This document shows positions 1 through 13,344 of a stretch of 64,000 nucleotides of DNA, in pieces. A program made the translations under genes and the position numbers. Source of the DNA: Chiloscyllium plagiosum (lineage: Eukaryota); assembly GCF_004010195.1 (NCBI RefSeq), contig NC_057724.1, forward strand, positions 19,989,506 through 20,053,505, given 5' to 3'. The notes under the pieces were generated by a model, which was not told where the DNA came from, did no database searches, and was given only the letters and a program-made list of their open reading frames with translations. How positions within the stretch are numbered: the first letter of the stretch is position 1; each line of letters begins with the position of its first letter.

Positions 1-1329
1 ACATATAGCTAAACAATCTTAATGAAGCAAACTCTCAGGGAAATTGTATACCACCATTATTTCCTAGATGGCGCCTGATTTATAAAGCAAACTTTAAGTT
101 ATACATCACTAACTTGTTTAATCCTGATTCATAATTTCTCAAATCTGAATATAGGCATCAATGTTTCTCTGTCCATCTCCCAGCATTTTCCTTAGTTTAC
201 AGCTTAAACCCATTTCATGAAGGTATATTGCATTAATTTGTCATCCATTGCTTTCTCGAAAGTATTATGAATCATTTTCTGACGTGACAAGAAAAAGAAG
301 GTAACTACTAGATTGTTAGCTGCTCCCAATGAATTTTGTGGGAGTAGTTTACACCATGAATATCAAATTGATACTATTGAAATGTACTTCAATTAATTCA
401 AAGAAAAACTGTTCTGGATCTTCTAATCAACTCCAACTTAAATTTATTTAATTCTATTTTTTCTTTTCTAACCAAATTGGTCTTTCTTACACGAGCCTCC
501 CTCGTGCTTCTACCGCTATGACATCTATTTCACATCACCAGTTTTCCACAGTAAAATTTGTCTTCTAAATATGGCTAAAACTAATTTGGAAGCCTGGGCT
601 TGCTTCAACACTGGTGACTGAAACTTTTTGTTTACCAGCCTGCTCATTGAACAAATATGTAAAAACCAAACATTTTGACTAATGTATGAGAAATGGAAGT
701 CCCCAAGAAATAGTTTGGTGGTGTCCAATTTTTCCTTGAGCTTGCATGGGCCATGTACAGTACATGTATCTGGGATAGCGAATGTGCAGACATTCATATC
801 CTGAGATATTCCACATTGATATGTTAAAGTGCTGGTAACAGTATCAGTTTAAAACATAAGAAAAACGCCTTTGAACTCCCCCCAACTCCCCTCGCTGCGT
901 TTGCTTTAGTCATAAAATGTACAAAAGCTGAAGATACAGCTTCTTTTAGGCAGGTGACAGGTCCCTCTTTCTGAATATATGAAATTCCCAGTAAATAGAA
1001 ATTAATCATGTGGACAGCCCAATAGATCATCTTAAATTTGTTGTTACTGGAACTCTTAACACGTAATTTTATCAACAATTGCTTGCAAAACTCTATATTT
1101 TGATCTGTGTTAGATTTCATTCTGTGTTTAGATGGTGCTCACTGAACAAATTGAGCATGTCATGAATTATACTAACAATCAATTCAAAGTTATCAGTCAG
1201 ACTTGCAATGTGATTATCTCTGCTTGCTAAAATTATGTATAGTCATACAGTGACCTGTCTTCTTCAGAGAAAAGGGAAAAGTTCAAATGTTAGGCATTTT
1301 TTGAAATAAAAAAAGCACTTCGAGGACAA

Positions 1330-1505
1330 TTATTCCTTGACACATTATCCATGGTTGTGGTTCAACCAATCAGAGGCAATTTAATAACCAATTAACAGCC
1401 TTTTTCTCATGAAGGATAAATTGTTGCTCCCTTCGAAATATTGTAACTGTCCTAATGAGGGCAAGACAAAAAGTATGGATGATGTGTTTCTTTCTTCAGG
1501 AATAT
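1330..1505 (+). mobile_element. Decayed short repeat with CCAAT/TATA-like boxes and a degenerate hammerhead-like core (second Penelope-type terminal repeat family)
   Basis: caaccaatcag...aaccaatt, then gataaattgttg, then tgtcCTAATGAgggcaagacAAAAagtatgg, readable as a mutated CTGATGA-stem-GAAA; resembles a shark repeat recalled from memory. Confidence 0.4.
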
Positions 1506-2309
1506 GCAGGCTCTGTAATATCAAATTATTGCACTTTTATTTCGTATATGTACACAGCATATTTCCACAGAATATTGTAGAAACTTATGTTGATTTGGAT
1601 ACTTTGCCTGTTTCTGAGCTTGCATTTCAAATAGATACGTAAAAGCACATGAGAGTGAGAATTGTTTTTTTACGTTGGATCTAACCCAGAACTGTGAGTA
1701 AGATGAATGTATTTATCTTGTGCTACCATTAGCTTTGATAAGAATAACAAATGACTGAGGAGACAAGCTGACTACTGAGACAAAATACCTCTCGGTAGCA
1801 CTCCTTAAAGCACTTATTCAGCTGTAACCTGCATAGTATTCCGGACAACGATGATAAAAAAGACCTTGTGATTTCCAGAGGGAGAGACCTATATGACTTT
1901 TTCTGATTTTCACTTACAATGGTTTTGCTATTTCATTCAGTTGCCTAGAAATAGCTTTCCAAACTCTTTCTTTTGTTGTCAAAGTCACTTCTCATTCAGT
2001 ATTGCATTTGTTGCTGAATGTAATATGCAATGAGAAGAGATCAGAGTCCCCACAGTACTGTCGACATTTTTAACTTGTATTTCTGAACTATTATTTTGGA
2101 TAAGAGGTCTCATACAGCCAAAAGTGGTTGTGGATATAATCTAAGTGACTCTTTGGATAGAGGGATCCATTGAATGTCACACCCAAACATGCAAAGGGAA
2201 CATCAGGCAACAACATTTCAAAGGGATGAGAGGCAAATAAAAGTGTAGATTGTGATCTCTCAAGATAATAAAGAGCTGTTGACACATTATTCAAAAGCAA
2301 GGCACTCCC

Positions 2310-3322
2310 ATGTGGGTTATGTTCCATTCACAGAAATATTTTGTGTTGTCCCTTTTGAAGAATACGAAAGGTCAGAGCTTAAAAAGCCATGTTAAATTTT
2401 CACCAGAAATATGGGAAGATATCTGGGGGAATGTAAGAAAAATTTCAGTATGTAACAAAGCACAGGCTATGCAATTGGAGACCTTACACAGGGCTCATAT
2501 GGGACCAGAAAGGTTAGCTAAGTTTAAGAGAGGAGCATCACCAGAATGTCCCAAATGTAAAATTAATATAGGTACTCTCACACATTGTTATTGGTCGTGT
2601 TGCAAGATCCAAAGATATTGGAGTACTATAGTAAAGACATTCTGGAGACTGAAATTAACATGGATCCAGTAATTCTTCTTTTGGGGCTGCCAAACTTGCC
2701 CTCTCTGGGGGAACATGGGAAGAGACTGTGTAATATCCTTGGCCATTGCGTGAGGAAGATCATTTTACTGATTTGGACATCAGAAAAACCACCAGGTCTA
2801 TTGGGGTGGCATAAGCTGGTGATGGAGCATCTTCCTCAAGATTACCTCACAAATATGTTGCACCACAAAATGGAACATTTTAATAAGTTGTGGCATCCTT
2901 TTTAAATTATATTGAAACTGACTTGCCAGCAATATTAGTCAGGGCCGTGGTGTAGCCGTGGGAATCTTTATGGGTGCCCGTGGGTCCCAGGGAGGAGGAG
3001 ACTGGAAGGAAAACAATATGGGTACTGTAGGAAGTACTCCCAGGGATGGAAGCCTTAGTGGAGGTGTGATGAGTAAGACAGAATAAAGTAGTAAGACATT
3101 ATCTAATTTAAGTAACTTGAATGTAATTAAAACTAGTATTTAATAAGTATATTTGTAGTTTAGATTTAGTTAAGTAGATAGGTTTGTTTTGGTAGAATAG
3201 TGGGTTGTTTAGTAACAATGGTACTATGTTATGGCTTTGTTCTTTGTACTGTTTTTTTTTTCTGTTTTAATGAGTTATTTTTTCTTTACATATAAATGTT
3301 TTATAAAAGATTTTTTAAAAAA
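2310..3322 (+). mobile_element. L1-clade LINE 3' end (5'-truncated, frameshifted)
   Basis: ORF 2310..2672 contains SPECPKCKINIGTLTHCYWSCCKIQRYW (C-terminal CCHC/zf-RVT motif of L1 ORF2), continued in ORF 2585..2905; followed by a T-rich 3' UTR and A-rich tail near 3300-3322. Confidence 0.85.
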
Positions 3323-5929
3323 TTCTACTGGAGAGTGCTAGTGAGACTGAATGGTCCAATGTGTGTCAGTAGGTTAAGGTATTCATATTTCCAAGCCTGA
3401 CTTTGAATGTTAGCATTGCTGTGAAAGTCACAATTGAAGAACTATCCCTTAGTGTTGTAGGTAAAGAGAGCATCGTATTATAAGTGCTAGAAGTCACATT
3501 GTTAGCGAACCAGAAGAAAGGAAATGAGACAACAAAAGATCTCTCGCGGTGAGTGCTGGATTTCAGTTAGAGCTGAAAGCAGTCAAAACAAGTGACTCTT
3601 CACCAACTTGCAAAACTAAGAACCTGACAATGAATTACTAATATCCATTGACCTTGACTGCAATATTTAACTATCCCCTCTTCACAGACTACAGAGTCTG
3701 ATCCATATATCTTTCTTTGGGATTCACCTCTTAGTTCTCATCTGGGCGTGTGTGTGGTCTTACTTATTCATTTAGTCATTAATAAGTTCTCTCTTTGTTA
3801 AAGCCGGAAAGCAAAATTCTTTCAAAGCGCATGCTGATTTGGCCTGAAATGTATCCACAAGAGAAGCAACCTGCTTTTGAATTAGCCTTGTCGTGACTAA
3901 TTGAGAGGCAAAAGTTGAATAAAAAGGGAGGGTCAGACCACACACTGGGAGTTAAACAATTTGAAATATCCCACCTGAAACTATAAATCAGGGAACCTTG
4001 CCTGTGGTCCAGACGTAACAAGGATAACTCTAATTTTGTTTTCCAATGAAGATGGTGAATCTGTGGTTTTTATTATGTATGTCTTCATTTTGGGTTATGT
4101 CTTTCTTCTTGTCAGAAAATGGCAAGCATCAATCTGTGGAAAGGCTTTTTCTTTCTCATTTTGTGCACTGTGATCAAAATGATGGACCAGACCACAAGTA
4201 ATATGTATCAGATTGCAGAGCAATTTGATTAGTTTCTGACTAGATTAATCCTATATCCCTATTGCCAGATTATGACTGAATGTGAGTGGGTGGCACATAA
4301 GCTGGTGAGTGCAGGATACCACTGCTGTATGCAGTGCTCATCTTGTCTCATACATTCTCACCATTGTCAGGCCTCTCGGGATATCTTCATACAGCACAGT
4401 TTATTGTAAGTGGTTTTGATATTTAAAATTAATGGCAGTGAAGACGTGGTGAATGAAGCCACATCACCATTATTCTGCGTCCACCTATGGACTGAATCTG
4501 CATTGAGATGTCAGTCAATTATCTTCCTGGATTTTCAACATAAATTTGAAGTCCATTTCAGAAATGCACAACTCTTGTGGCTATGATGACTTTGTAATAT
4601 ATTATGACGTATTACAATACTTTGCACAATCTGGCCCTCCCTCTACCCATTAGCTAATTAATTCAAGAAAAATTACCCCCCTCTACTTAAGTGTTGCTGA
4701 TTGTTGTTTTGGTGACAGTGTGGCCCCATGTGGGCAGTTAATTCTCTTGATGCAATCGAGCACAGTTCTCCCAAGTGGGATTCAGATCTCCAGAGGAGTT
4801 GCGTACTGAAAGTTTGGTGCTGTGAGGTCTGAGACAGCAATTGCCATCATGATTTGGATTATAACAGCTGTATTTTGGCTCCAACTGCTTTGCACCCCAT
4901 CCATCTCTCAGTTTGCATGCGGGATAATGACAACTTTCCAGTCTCAAAATGGAGTCTCAATGGAATAACATTGGGGAAGCGCAGCAATTGGATTTTGCTG
5001 CAAATCTCCAACTGTTTAGGTCAGTGGAGAAAGTGGATACAGTAGCCAAAAAAAAAAATAATCTGACTGCATTATTAATGTAGCAGAAAAAGAAAACTGA
5101 ACAAGTAATTCTGATTTTAAGGGCCAGCATGTAAATTTCAATATTACCCATTCCAGGCAGGTGTTCTATATCTCACTGTTCTATCACAAGACTTGGAATA
5201 TGTTGTTATTTGTCCATATATTGGGATTTGAAGTTTGTGTCATGTTAAGAAATTACATAACATGTGCTATAATTTAAAAATGAGGCCAAAGTGGCGCATC
5301 CTGTATAAAAATCTCTGGAAAGTTTGAAGTCTGATTCCTCTTGAGAATCTAGAGAATGATCCTATTTTTATACCATGAGATTAAGAATTATGAGAAAATG
5401 ACCAATTAGTTTTGAAGCCAAATAACAGCGAACAGGCCTTTGGATTTAAGTATTGTCTGCTCATTATTTCATGTGACTTTCCTTAGATTTGACATGATTA
5501 GCAGTGGGATGCTTGTTTACGGTTATTGGGTACTACCTTTGATCCCTGGAGTTTAATGCTTATCACTTTTTGCCTTCAAGGCATCTGAAAGTACAGTAAC
5601 AGAAAATGTAATTCTTCCTGCAATCTGAGAGTTTTGGAGACCCAATTTGATTGAAGTTTTTGTCAATTATTTCTCATTCCACCAATTCACCTTGAACTGT
5701 ACGTGTGATAACAACACATGAAGATGTGAATACCAAGTTGGAATTTATCCTCAGCATTACTTCTTGGACTAAATATACTGAGGGGTTGAGGATTAATAAA
5801 TATGTCAAGTCTGCTGTTATCATTCATTGCATTTTTTTTCCCAAAATCAAGCACTCGGCTGTGAATTGACATACATTTCACATTTCGCACTTATGTGACT
5901 GAAACCTTCAGACCATCTTTTGTGTCACC

Positions 5930-6300
5930 TGTGGCTCAGCTGACAGTACTTTCACATCTATGTCAGAAGCTCTGCATTTAAGTCCCAGTTCAGAAAGAGA
6001 AAGTGCAGCATTTTCAGATGAGAGGCTAAACATGGCCCTATCTACTCTCTCAAATGTTCTGTGAAATTATCTCAAAGAAGATCAGGCAAGTTATAATTGG
6101 TGTCCTGGCAAATATTAATCCCTCAATCAGCACGATGAAACAGATTATTGCATGGCTGTTTGCAGAAACTCGCTGTATGCAAATTGGCTGCCACAATTTG
6201 CATATTATTCATGACTAAACTTAAAAAAAAACCTTAATTGATTCCAAAGTGCTTTGGGGAGTCTGATGGTCTGAAAAGTTATTAAATAAATCTGTCTTTA
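5930..6300 (+). mobile_element. Deu-domain SINE (SacSINE1-like), decayed
   Basis: tRNA-like head gtggctcagctgacagtact...aagtcccag, Deu-like core ttttcagatgagaggctaaac...ggtgtcctggcaaatatt, 3' tail aaagtgctttgggga...aaataaat. Confidence 0.7.
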
Positions 6301-6389
6301 ACTGGTGGCACATTTATGGTACAACTTTAATAGCTTTAACTCAAGAAATTGGGCAATGTGCCATCAAGTGAAAAGATGTTCATTTATTT

Positions 6390-6745
6390 TGCAGTTTTCA
6401 TGAACATCTCATGGTGTAATGCATTCTTAAGCCAATGATGTACTTTGGAAACCTCAGGGGGTGGCACAGTGGTTAGCAGTGTTGCCCCACAGTGCCAGTA
6501 ACCAGGGATCGATTCCAGCTTCTTGGTGACTATGTGAAATGCCGCAGCTAATTTAGTGCACTCCCACAAGCAACACTTTTGTTAATGACCAGATATTCTG
6601 CTTTGATTCAGTGACAAATTGTGTCCCGGGTACCAAGAATAATTCTCCTGGTCTTTTTTGAAATAATTTGTGGGATCTTTCACAACCATCACAGCAGGAA
6701 GATTTGACCTCAGTTTATGTTTCATCCAAAATGATCCGATTCTAT
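6390..6745 (-). mobile_element. Deu-domain SINE, decayed, interrupted by an HE1-type SINE head (6457-6537, + strand)
   Basis: Reverse-complement matches to the same family (tgtggtaatgca-like tail, aatgaccagata, gtgggatcttt, tttcatccaaaa); inserted ggtggcacagtggttagcagtgttgcc...gatcgattccagc is the HE1 5' region. Confidence 0.6.
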
Positions 6746-6809
6746 GCTGCAAAGTTTGCATGATTCCTCAAATAGTAATATCATGAAAGTTATTTTGAAC
6801 ATCTCCTGT

Positions 6810-6976
6810 CAGTGTTCCTTCTAAGCTCTGAGTGTGTATGTGCAGCTTCAGGTGTGCAGCCATTCTGATGTTCCATCCACAGTGATCATGCCGGTTAACT
6901 TCCACTTCTGGAACTCATGGCTGTACACGGGCCCTGGAGGTCCATGAAGTCGATTCAAAAATTAGAGGGAATGCTG
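6810..6976. mobile_element. hAT-type MITE
   Basis: Imperfect terminal inverted repeats cagtgttccttctaa ... ttagagggaatgctg; 8-bp TSD no longer recognisable. Confidence 0.6.
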
Positions 6977-7139
6977 CCTTCAATCCACTGTACCCCCGCC
7001 CCACACACACACACACCCTCCATCCCAACACCCTCACTCAAAGCGTCACAGAAGTACTATGAAATACAGTTCAGAATAATCATTGTCTCTCTGAACCCAT
7101 CATTTTAACTCCACCTCCTCCAAAAATCTAACATAAAAA

Positions 7140-7215
7140 CAAAATAAAAGGAAAGAATGCAGATGCCAGAAATCTGAAACAAAAACAGAAACTGTTGAAG
7201 AAACTCAAAAGGTCT
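7140..7215 (-). mobile_element. Penelope-like pseudo-LTR fragment
   Basis: gcagatgccagaaatctgaaacaaaaacagaaactgttgaagaaactcaaaaggtc is the reverse complement of the pLTR 3' part seen at 57560-57640. Confidence 0.65.
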
Positions 7216-8429
7216 TGATTGGTCTTTAGGTTTGGCCTTACTTGTCAAATAGACTTTAAAATTTCAAACAAAAAATGCCAGTCAAGTACAAAAGATTGAA
7301 TAATACAATGTCAGGAGACTTTTTATTGTTCATATCCATTTATTAACCTTTATCACTCTAATTGACATAAAGATCTTATTTATAACCCATTGTTATCTAG
7401 CAGCTTTTAAAGAAGCTGTCTTCAATTATGTACAAAGATGAATGTTGTTGCGCAATTTCATGGCAAGTAGATTAAATTAAAAATTTAGACATTGCTAAAA
7501 AGGGAAAATCAATTGCTGATATCATGGACTTTCAACTCAATCAAATATGCTTTAAGGTTTTAAGTATCTGACATAGCATTTAAAATCATATTACAGTCAA
7601 CCAATGCTGATTGGCAGTAACATCTTGTACTATGTTAATTCATGCCAAGAAATTAATGAAATTTCATGCTCACTTTAACTGGAGAAACATAATTGAAAAC
7701 GTGTGATGAATGGTTTGTCTTGTTGTCCTGGCAGAAAGCAACACATGGTGATGTAAGGTCATGGTGGATGACACAACTGTGAAATAATTATTGCAGTAGT
7801 GGTGAAATCAGATGGTTTTGAGCACTTCAAGATCATTCATCACAGCCTACTCTGTCTGATACTATGTTTATTTAGGAAGGATGAAGTTAGTATAGTTAAC
7901 ATGAAATTTACTGAATTGACACTCAAAAATAGTTTATTGATTAAAAAGCAGAAAGGTGTGACCTTAACTTAACAGGATATATTATCACATTGAGTTTCAA
8001 TTTGCTTCCAGCCACCATCTGTCAGGAATGTGTGTGATTCCATGATCCATCCAAACATGAGCTTTGCAGTGATGCTTTGTACTCTTTTGAATGATCGTCT
8101 TTGAATTGTTGTGTTGAGCTTTGAAGATCTCTCTTTATGGTGCTTTATGTATACGATTTAACCATGGCTTTCCTTAATGGTTTATCCACAAATAGGGTGG
8201 ATTGTTCCCATTCGCTGTTAAATTGATTGTCAGGTGAGACTGGTGACACCAAGTCTGCCATGGATCACAATGACCTTTGTCGGACAATCTTCTGCTCTTG
8301 GCCATCCATCTCAGGAAAACATCATTTAGCTTGAGAGTTCAGGCTGCTAGCACAATATTTACAACTCAGGCTGCACATCAGTTCAGATGCTGAAAGCCAG
8401 GAACAGGTCCTCACCGTCCAGTGCTCGGC

Positions 8430-8640
8430 CATTATCAATAAAGACATGGCCCAGATAGACAAGGATCTCGAGGTATTGGTGGATGGGAGGGGTTGGAGGG
8501 TGGCAGTACCTTTAACCAGCTAACTGCTACTGGAGGCCACTCAATCATACCAAGCTAATCTGAGCCAGTTGTGTGTTCCAGCTAAAATGGGACACCCCCA
8601 GTAGTGAATTCTACAAGCCCAAGAGTCACCATCTTCTCTT
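8430..8640 (+). mobile_element. Harbinger-type Myb/SANT ORF relic
   Basis: gac aag gat ctc gag gta ttg gtg gat ggg translates DKDLEVLVDG, like the N-terminus of the Myb/SANT-like domain also seen at 14150-14340. Confidence 0.4.
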
Positions 8641-10274
8641 TCTGACCTCATGCTCATGGGAGAACCACTTACCTAAACCTGCCACTGTGCACACTTCTCA
8701 CCAAGATTCACTGACTACAAATCTCATGATTTCATACACCGTGTTCAGTTAATGATTCTTGCCAGCCTCATCCTTCCAAATTACTAACACTTCCTGCACT
8801 CTTGGCACATCATCCGCACTCACTTGGTATACTTCACCATTGCTCCTGCTCCTGCATCAACACTAATTGCTCATTTCCCCCCTTCCATCAAATTCAATCC
8901 CTCCCTTTTTGTCATTGTGGGAATATTTGGCTAACATTGGGCCAAGGTGACCAAGATAGGCTAGGGAATGACAGACATCAGGTTCTTCAGGAGAAAATAC
9001 TCGCTTTGATTAGTAATAAATAGGACCTATAATGTGGGAATCAGGCTCTGACTGTGAGGCATGAATTCCCCGAGTCCTTGGTGTTTCCTTTTGTGTTCCT
9101 ATCTCTAAGGCACTTATGACCTTTTCAGTCTCCCTGTATTTCAGTTGGGTTCCTTCATACAACTAATAATGTGTCCACTTCATTCCCCCAACCCCCACCC
9201 CAGAAACAGTGACTTTGGAAATTTCCATGCCATTGGTGGTCCTTCACCCTTGCCATGAGGAGGCCAGAGTCAATGTGACTGTTTCTGGAGATCCTAATCA
9301 CGGCTATTCACCATGAGATCTTACTAGCTCTAGGTGCTCCATATCACTGACCATTCCCTCTGTGACTCATTACCAATGAAACCTATCACCAGATTTGGAT
9401 TCTCCACCCTTTTTCTTTCCAAAGTGCCATGAACACCTTTATAACCCTTTTCACTGTTATTGATTAACCCTTTGGACTGACCAGGGCCCACTACATTGAC
9501 TGGGTTGGCAGGACATCCCTGACTGACGATAGCCCAGCACCTGGGCTCTCATCTCCACAGCACCCTGTTTAAACCAACTGCAATCCCCAGACTGTTACAC
9601 TTAGTGAGACTAACGTTGCCTCAATCTCTGAATGACAGGACCCTTGCTGGGATCAAACCTCCGACTGACCAGTGCAAAATCTCTCGACAAGAATCGGACA
9701 AGCCCCTTGACAGATTCTGGTGGCACCTCCTGACTGACCACTGTCCCCCATGATCCCACTAAGTACTATTCCCATTTGACATTGACACAAAGCTATTTGC
9801 TTGAAGCACATGTAGTGTGCATGGTGACATAGCACAGTGCTGCACAGTGACATATCCAGCCCTTGACTCTCCAGGGATTCCCTCTGCCCCTCACACTAGT
9901 CAGCAGCCATTAAATCAGCACCAACTCAGTGGGCCAGTATGAAAAAGAAGCAATTTGAAGTGTATACAGTCTGGCAAACTCCAAATAAGTGCAACTCAAG
10001 TGAGTGCTAAGAAAACCAAGTAAGAGCCATAAGACACATCTTGTTTAGATGCATGAGATGTTTCTGGGTCCTTGTGCACAAAGTGCTCTGGAAGAAGCAT
10101 GAAAATTGTAGGCGTCCTTGAATTCCAAATGGAAGAGTTGAAGGGCTGATCTGGTGCCTGGGTTGATATGAGAGTAGGGCTGATGATATGGTGAGATTGG
10201 TAGTTTCCTGGTGCTGACTTGGATAGAGGAAGGGCTGATGATAGTGGTCACCATGGAATCTTTCTTTCAGTTCA

Positions 10275-10700
10275 TTGATTGGTGTCACTGGCTGGGTCAG
10301 CATTTTTTGTCCATCCCTGGTTGCCCTTGAGAGGGTGGTGGTGAGTTGCCTTCTTGAACTGCTCCAGTCACTGAGACCCATAATTTCCCAAGGGAGTTCC
10401 AGGATTTAGATTCAACAATATTGAAACAGCATTGTATATCCAAGTCAGGATGATGGGTAGCCTGAGGGAGTCTTGCAGTTGGTTGCATTCTCATGTATCA
10501 GCTGTCCTTGTCATTCTAGATGATGGTGTTCATGAGTTTGGAAGGTATTGTATAAGGAGCCTTGGTGAATTTCTGCAGTGTGTCTTGTAGATAGGAGTAC
10601 AGTATTAGTGGTGGAGTTACTGGATGTTTGTGAATGTACTGTCAAACAGGCTGCTTCTGTTCTGGATAGTGTCAAGCCTTTTGAGTGTTATTCGAGTTAC
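10275..10700 (-). mobile_element. Old CR1/L2-group LINE 3' terminal fragment
   Basis: tttttgtccatccctggttgcccttgagagggtggtggtgag...gggagttccaggattt resembles the reverse-complement 3' end of an abundant shark LINE (recalled, not aligned). Confidence 0.6.
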
Positions 10701-11244
10701 TCTCTTCTAAAATGCTTGATAAATCCTATCTTTTTTAACCAAACTCATAGCCATCTGTTATAATACTTGGCTTGCTTTAAAATGCTTCTCTGGCTTGTTT
10801 CATTATAGCAAAGGCAAATAAATAAATACACTGGCATCTCCAAATCATAAATAACCACCAGTTGACATCAGATATGCTGGATCTAATAATAATCAAAATC
10901 ATTCAATACATTTGGGCATGCTTGTTTCTTGTATTTTCTGTTTAGTGAAATGCTTAGCTTATAAGCCTGATCAATCCACCTCATGTAAAATTAACTTACC
11001 TGGAGGTGGAAAATTACCTGAGATTAGAAGAAGTACAAAGCAGAACTTGAATGAAACCATCTGAGGACTCAATAAAAGGAAGAAGCCTTAATTTTTGGCA
11101 TTGATTATGCGATTGCAATTACAATGAATGGGGAGTCTGATCATTTATTCAGCCTTTTTTTAACTGTGTTGTTCGCAAGCCATAATTGCACGAAAGCTTT
11201 TGAAGCAAATTACAGAGTTCACAAAGTCAAGATGCCACTGCAGA

Positions 11245-11344
11245 TGTAGTCTGTACAAAATGAAGAAGAAGCAATGTTATTCCTCAGTTATAATATCACA
11301 GGATATAGTTTTCATTCAAAACCACAGCTGACAAAATATTTGGC
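11245..11344 (+). repeat. Donor arm of a perfect 100-bp inverted repeat (partner 12390-12489)
   Basis: tgtagtctgtacaaaatg...caaaatatttggc is the exact reverse complement of 12390-12489. Confidence 0.97.
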
Positions 11345-11704
11345 AAAAATTATAAGCAGAATATACCCCTCTCTTCTCTGGCAGGAACAATGAATGTGGT
11401 GAGATAGGTGGGAAAATAGAGAGAGATGAAAAAGAAAAATCAGAATCTCTATGTTGGGAAACATTTTTGATATTTTCTTCTTCGGCTCTAAATGACAACA
11501 TCAAAATCTTCGGATTGAGCAGTGAATATCTTATTAATTAAAGCACCAACTCATTTCATTTATACGACACATCCAATCATTCTCTCCTACCTGGCAAAAC
11601 TAGACAATGCAAATTCTCAACATGTGAAGTTGGGCAGGCATGCAGCAGCTGTAACTTGTTGAATGCATGCCTTAGCCACCATGCAAATGTTTTGTCAAAA
11701 TACA

Positions 11705-13340
11705 CATAGGGTAGTGGTATGATTGCTAATTTAGCTATATTTGCACAGAGAGTGGTGTGTGTGTGAAATGCACTACCAGCTGTGGTAGTAGAGTCGCATT
11801 TAAGCGACTCTTGGACAGGCTCACGGAAGATAGTACAATGAAGGGTTGTAAGTATCTTCGGGCAGGATAAAAGATCGACACAACATCGAGGGCTGAAGGG
11901 CCTGTACTGTGCTGCACTGTTCTATATTCTATGTTCTAATCCAGAAATCCAGGTAATGTTCTGGGGGCCCTGATTGGAATTCCACTAAAGTTAATAGAAT
12001 TAGAATTTCTCAAAACTCTCTGGAATTTTAAAGTGTAATGCTGATCAGAAATTGTTGAATGTTGGCAAAGATCCATCTGGTTTAGTCTTTTTGGGAAGGA
12101 ACTCTGCCTCTTGACCTGGCCTTGCTTACATGTGACTCCAGAGCCAGGGCAGTGTGGTTTACTCTCAACGGCCCTCTGAAATGGCCTAGCAAGGCCACTC
12201 AATTGTATCAACAAAGGAATAAAACCAGATGGACCACCAGACATTAATAAGTGTGCCGGAAATGATGTCGGCTAAAACAATTCCGTCAACCCTGCAAAGG
12301 TGTTCTTAATGGAGTTGAAAACCAACATTACACACACTGTCCCAGACAATGCCATCATTTTCTCTCAATAGGTCCTGTTCTACCGGTAGGCCAAATATTT
12401 TGTCAGCTGTGGTTTTGAATGAAAACTATATCCTGTGATATTATAACTGAGGAATAACATTGCTTCTTCTTCATTTTGTACAGACTACAGAGATGGTGGC
12501 ACAGTGGTATGCAGTCAGGAGAGAGCTGCCCTGAGTGCCCTCAATATTGATTCCAAACTCCATGAAGTCTCTTTGCATCAAATCAAACATGGGCTGATTA
12601 CCACCTACTGCCTATGGATTGCTAATGCATTGGCATTCTACTATGCTGAAGAGAGGAAGCACTGTGGGTGGCAATGTAGTCTGAGTGGGGATTTCAATGT
12701 TCACCATGAAAAGTGACTTGGCAACAATACCACTGTTAGAGCTGGTGAAATCCTAAAGGACGTTACTGCAAGATTTGTTTTGCAGCAGATGATGAGGGAA
12801 CCAACAAGACCCATTCTTGACCCTATCTGTCCATGACAGTGTTGGTAAGAGTGACCACTGCACAGTTCTTGTGGAGACAAACTTCTTGTTTGACATTCAA
12901 TATACCTTACAACATGTTCTGCAGCACTGTTACCATGCTAAACGGGATAGACCCTGGAAAAATCTAGCAACTCAACTGCACATCCACAGAAATCTGTGCA
13001 ACATCTACAGCAGCAGATGTTTCGACATAATCAGTAAACCCGCGGCCAAGCATTTTAGTCACTCTCTCTGGACTCTTCATTGAGCTAGATTTGATCCCTG
13101 GCTTGATGATATTCAACCTAAGGATCAAATCTCGTTCAATGAAGAGTCCAGGAACAGCACTTCGCAAACTCCAAACCTGCTGGATTAGCATATAAATACA
13201 GTGACTGAAGGGTAGATCAGAGGTAAGGAATTCTGCAGCAAGTAAATCACCTCTTGACTCCCCAAAGCCTGTCCTCTATCTAGAAATCATAAGTGAGAAG
13301 TGTGATGGAGTGTTGCCTGGATGAACAGGTTCAAAAGAAT
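11705..13340 (+). mobile_element. Old CR1/L2-group LINE with APE endonuclease remnants, heavily deleted; nested CR1 3' end at ~11740-11938
   Basis: LSGDFNVHHEK (ORF 12504..12716) and VGKSDHCTVLVET (ORF 12817..13083) are APE GDFN and SDH motifs; the nested piece ends in a ctgttctatattctatgttcta tail. Confidence 0.75.
12390..12489 (-). repeat. Inverted 100-bp copy of 11245-11344 inserted into the LINE
   Basis: Exact reverse complement; interrupts ...ctaccggtagg | cagagatggtggcacagtgg. Confidence 0.97.
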
Positions 13341-13344
13341 TCTG

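Noticed and set aside
61-75. CTCF-like tagatggcgc
   Set aside because: First three positions of the core consensus mismatch; a single motif is insufficient
1845-1910. C/D snoRNA-like acgatga...ctga
   Set aside because: Imperfect C box, no terminal stem, no recognisable rRNA guide
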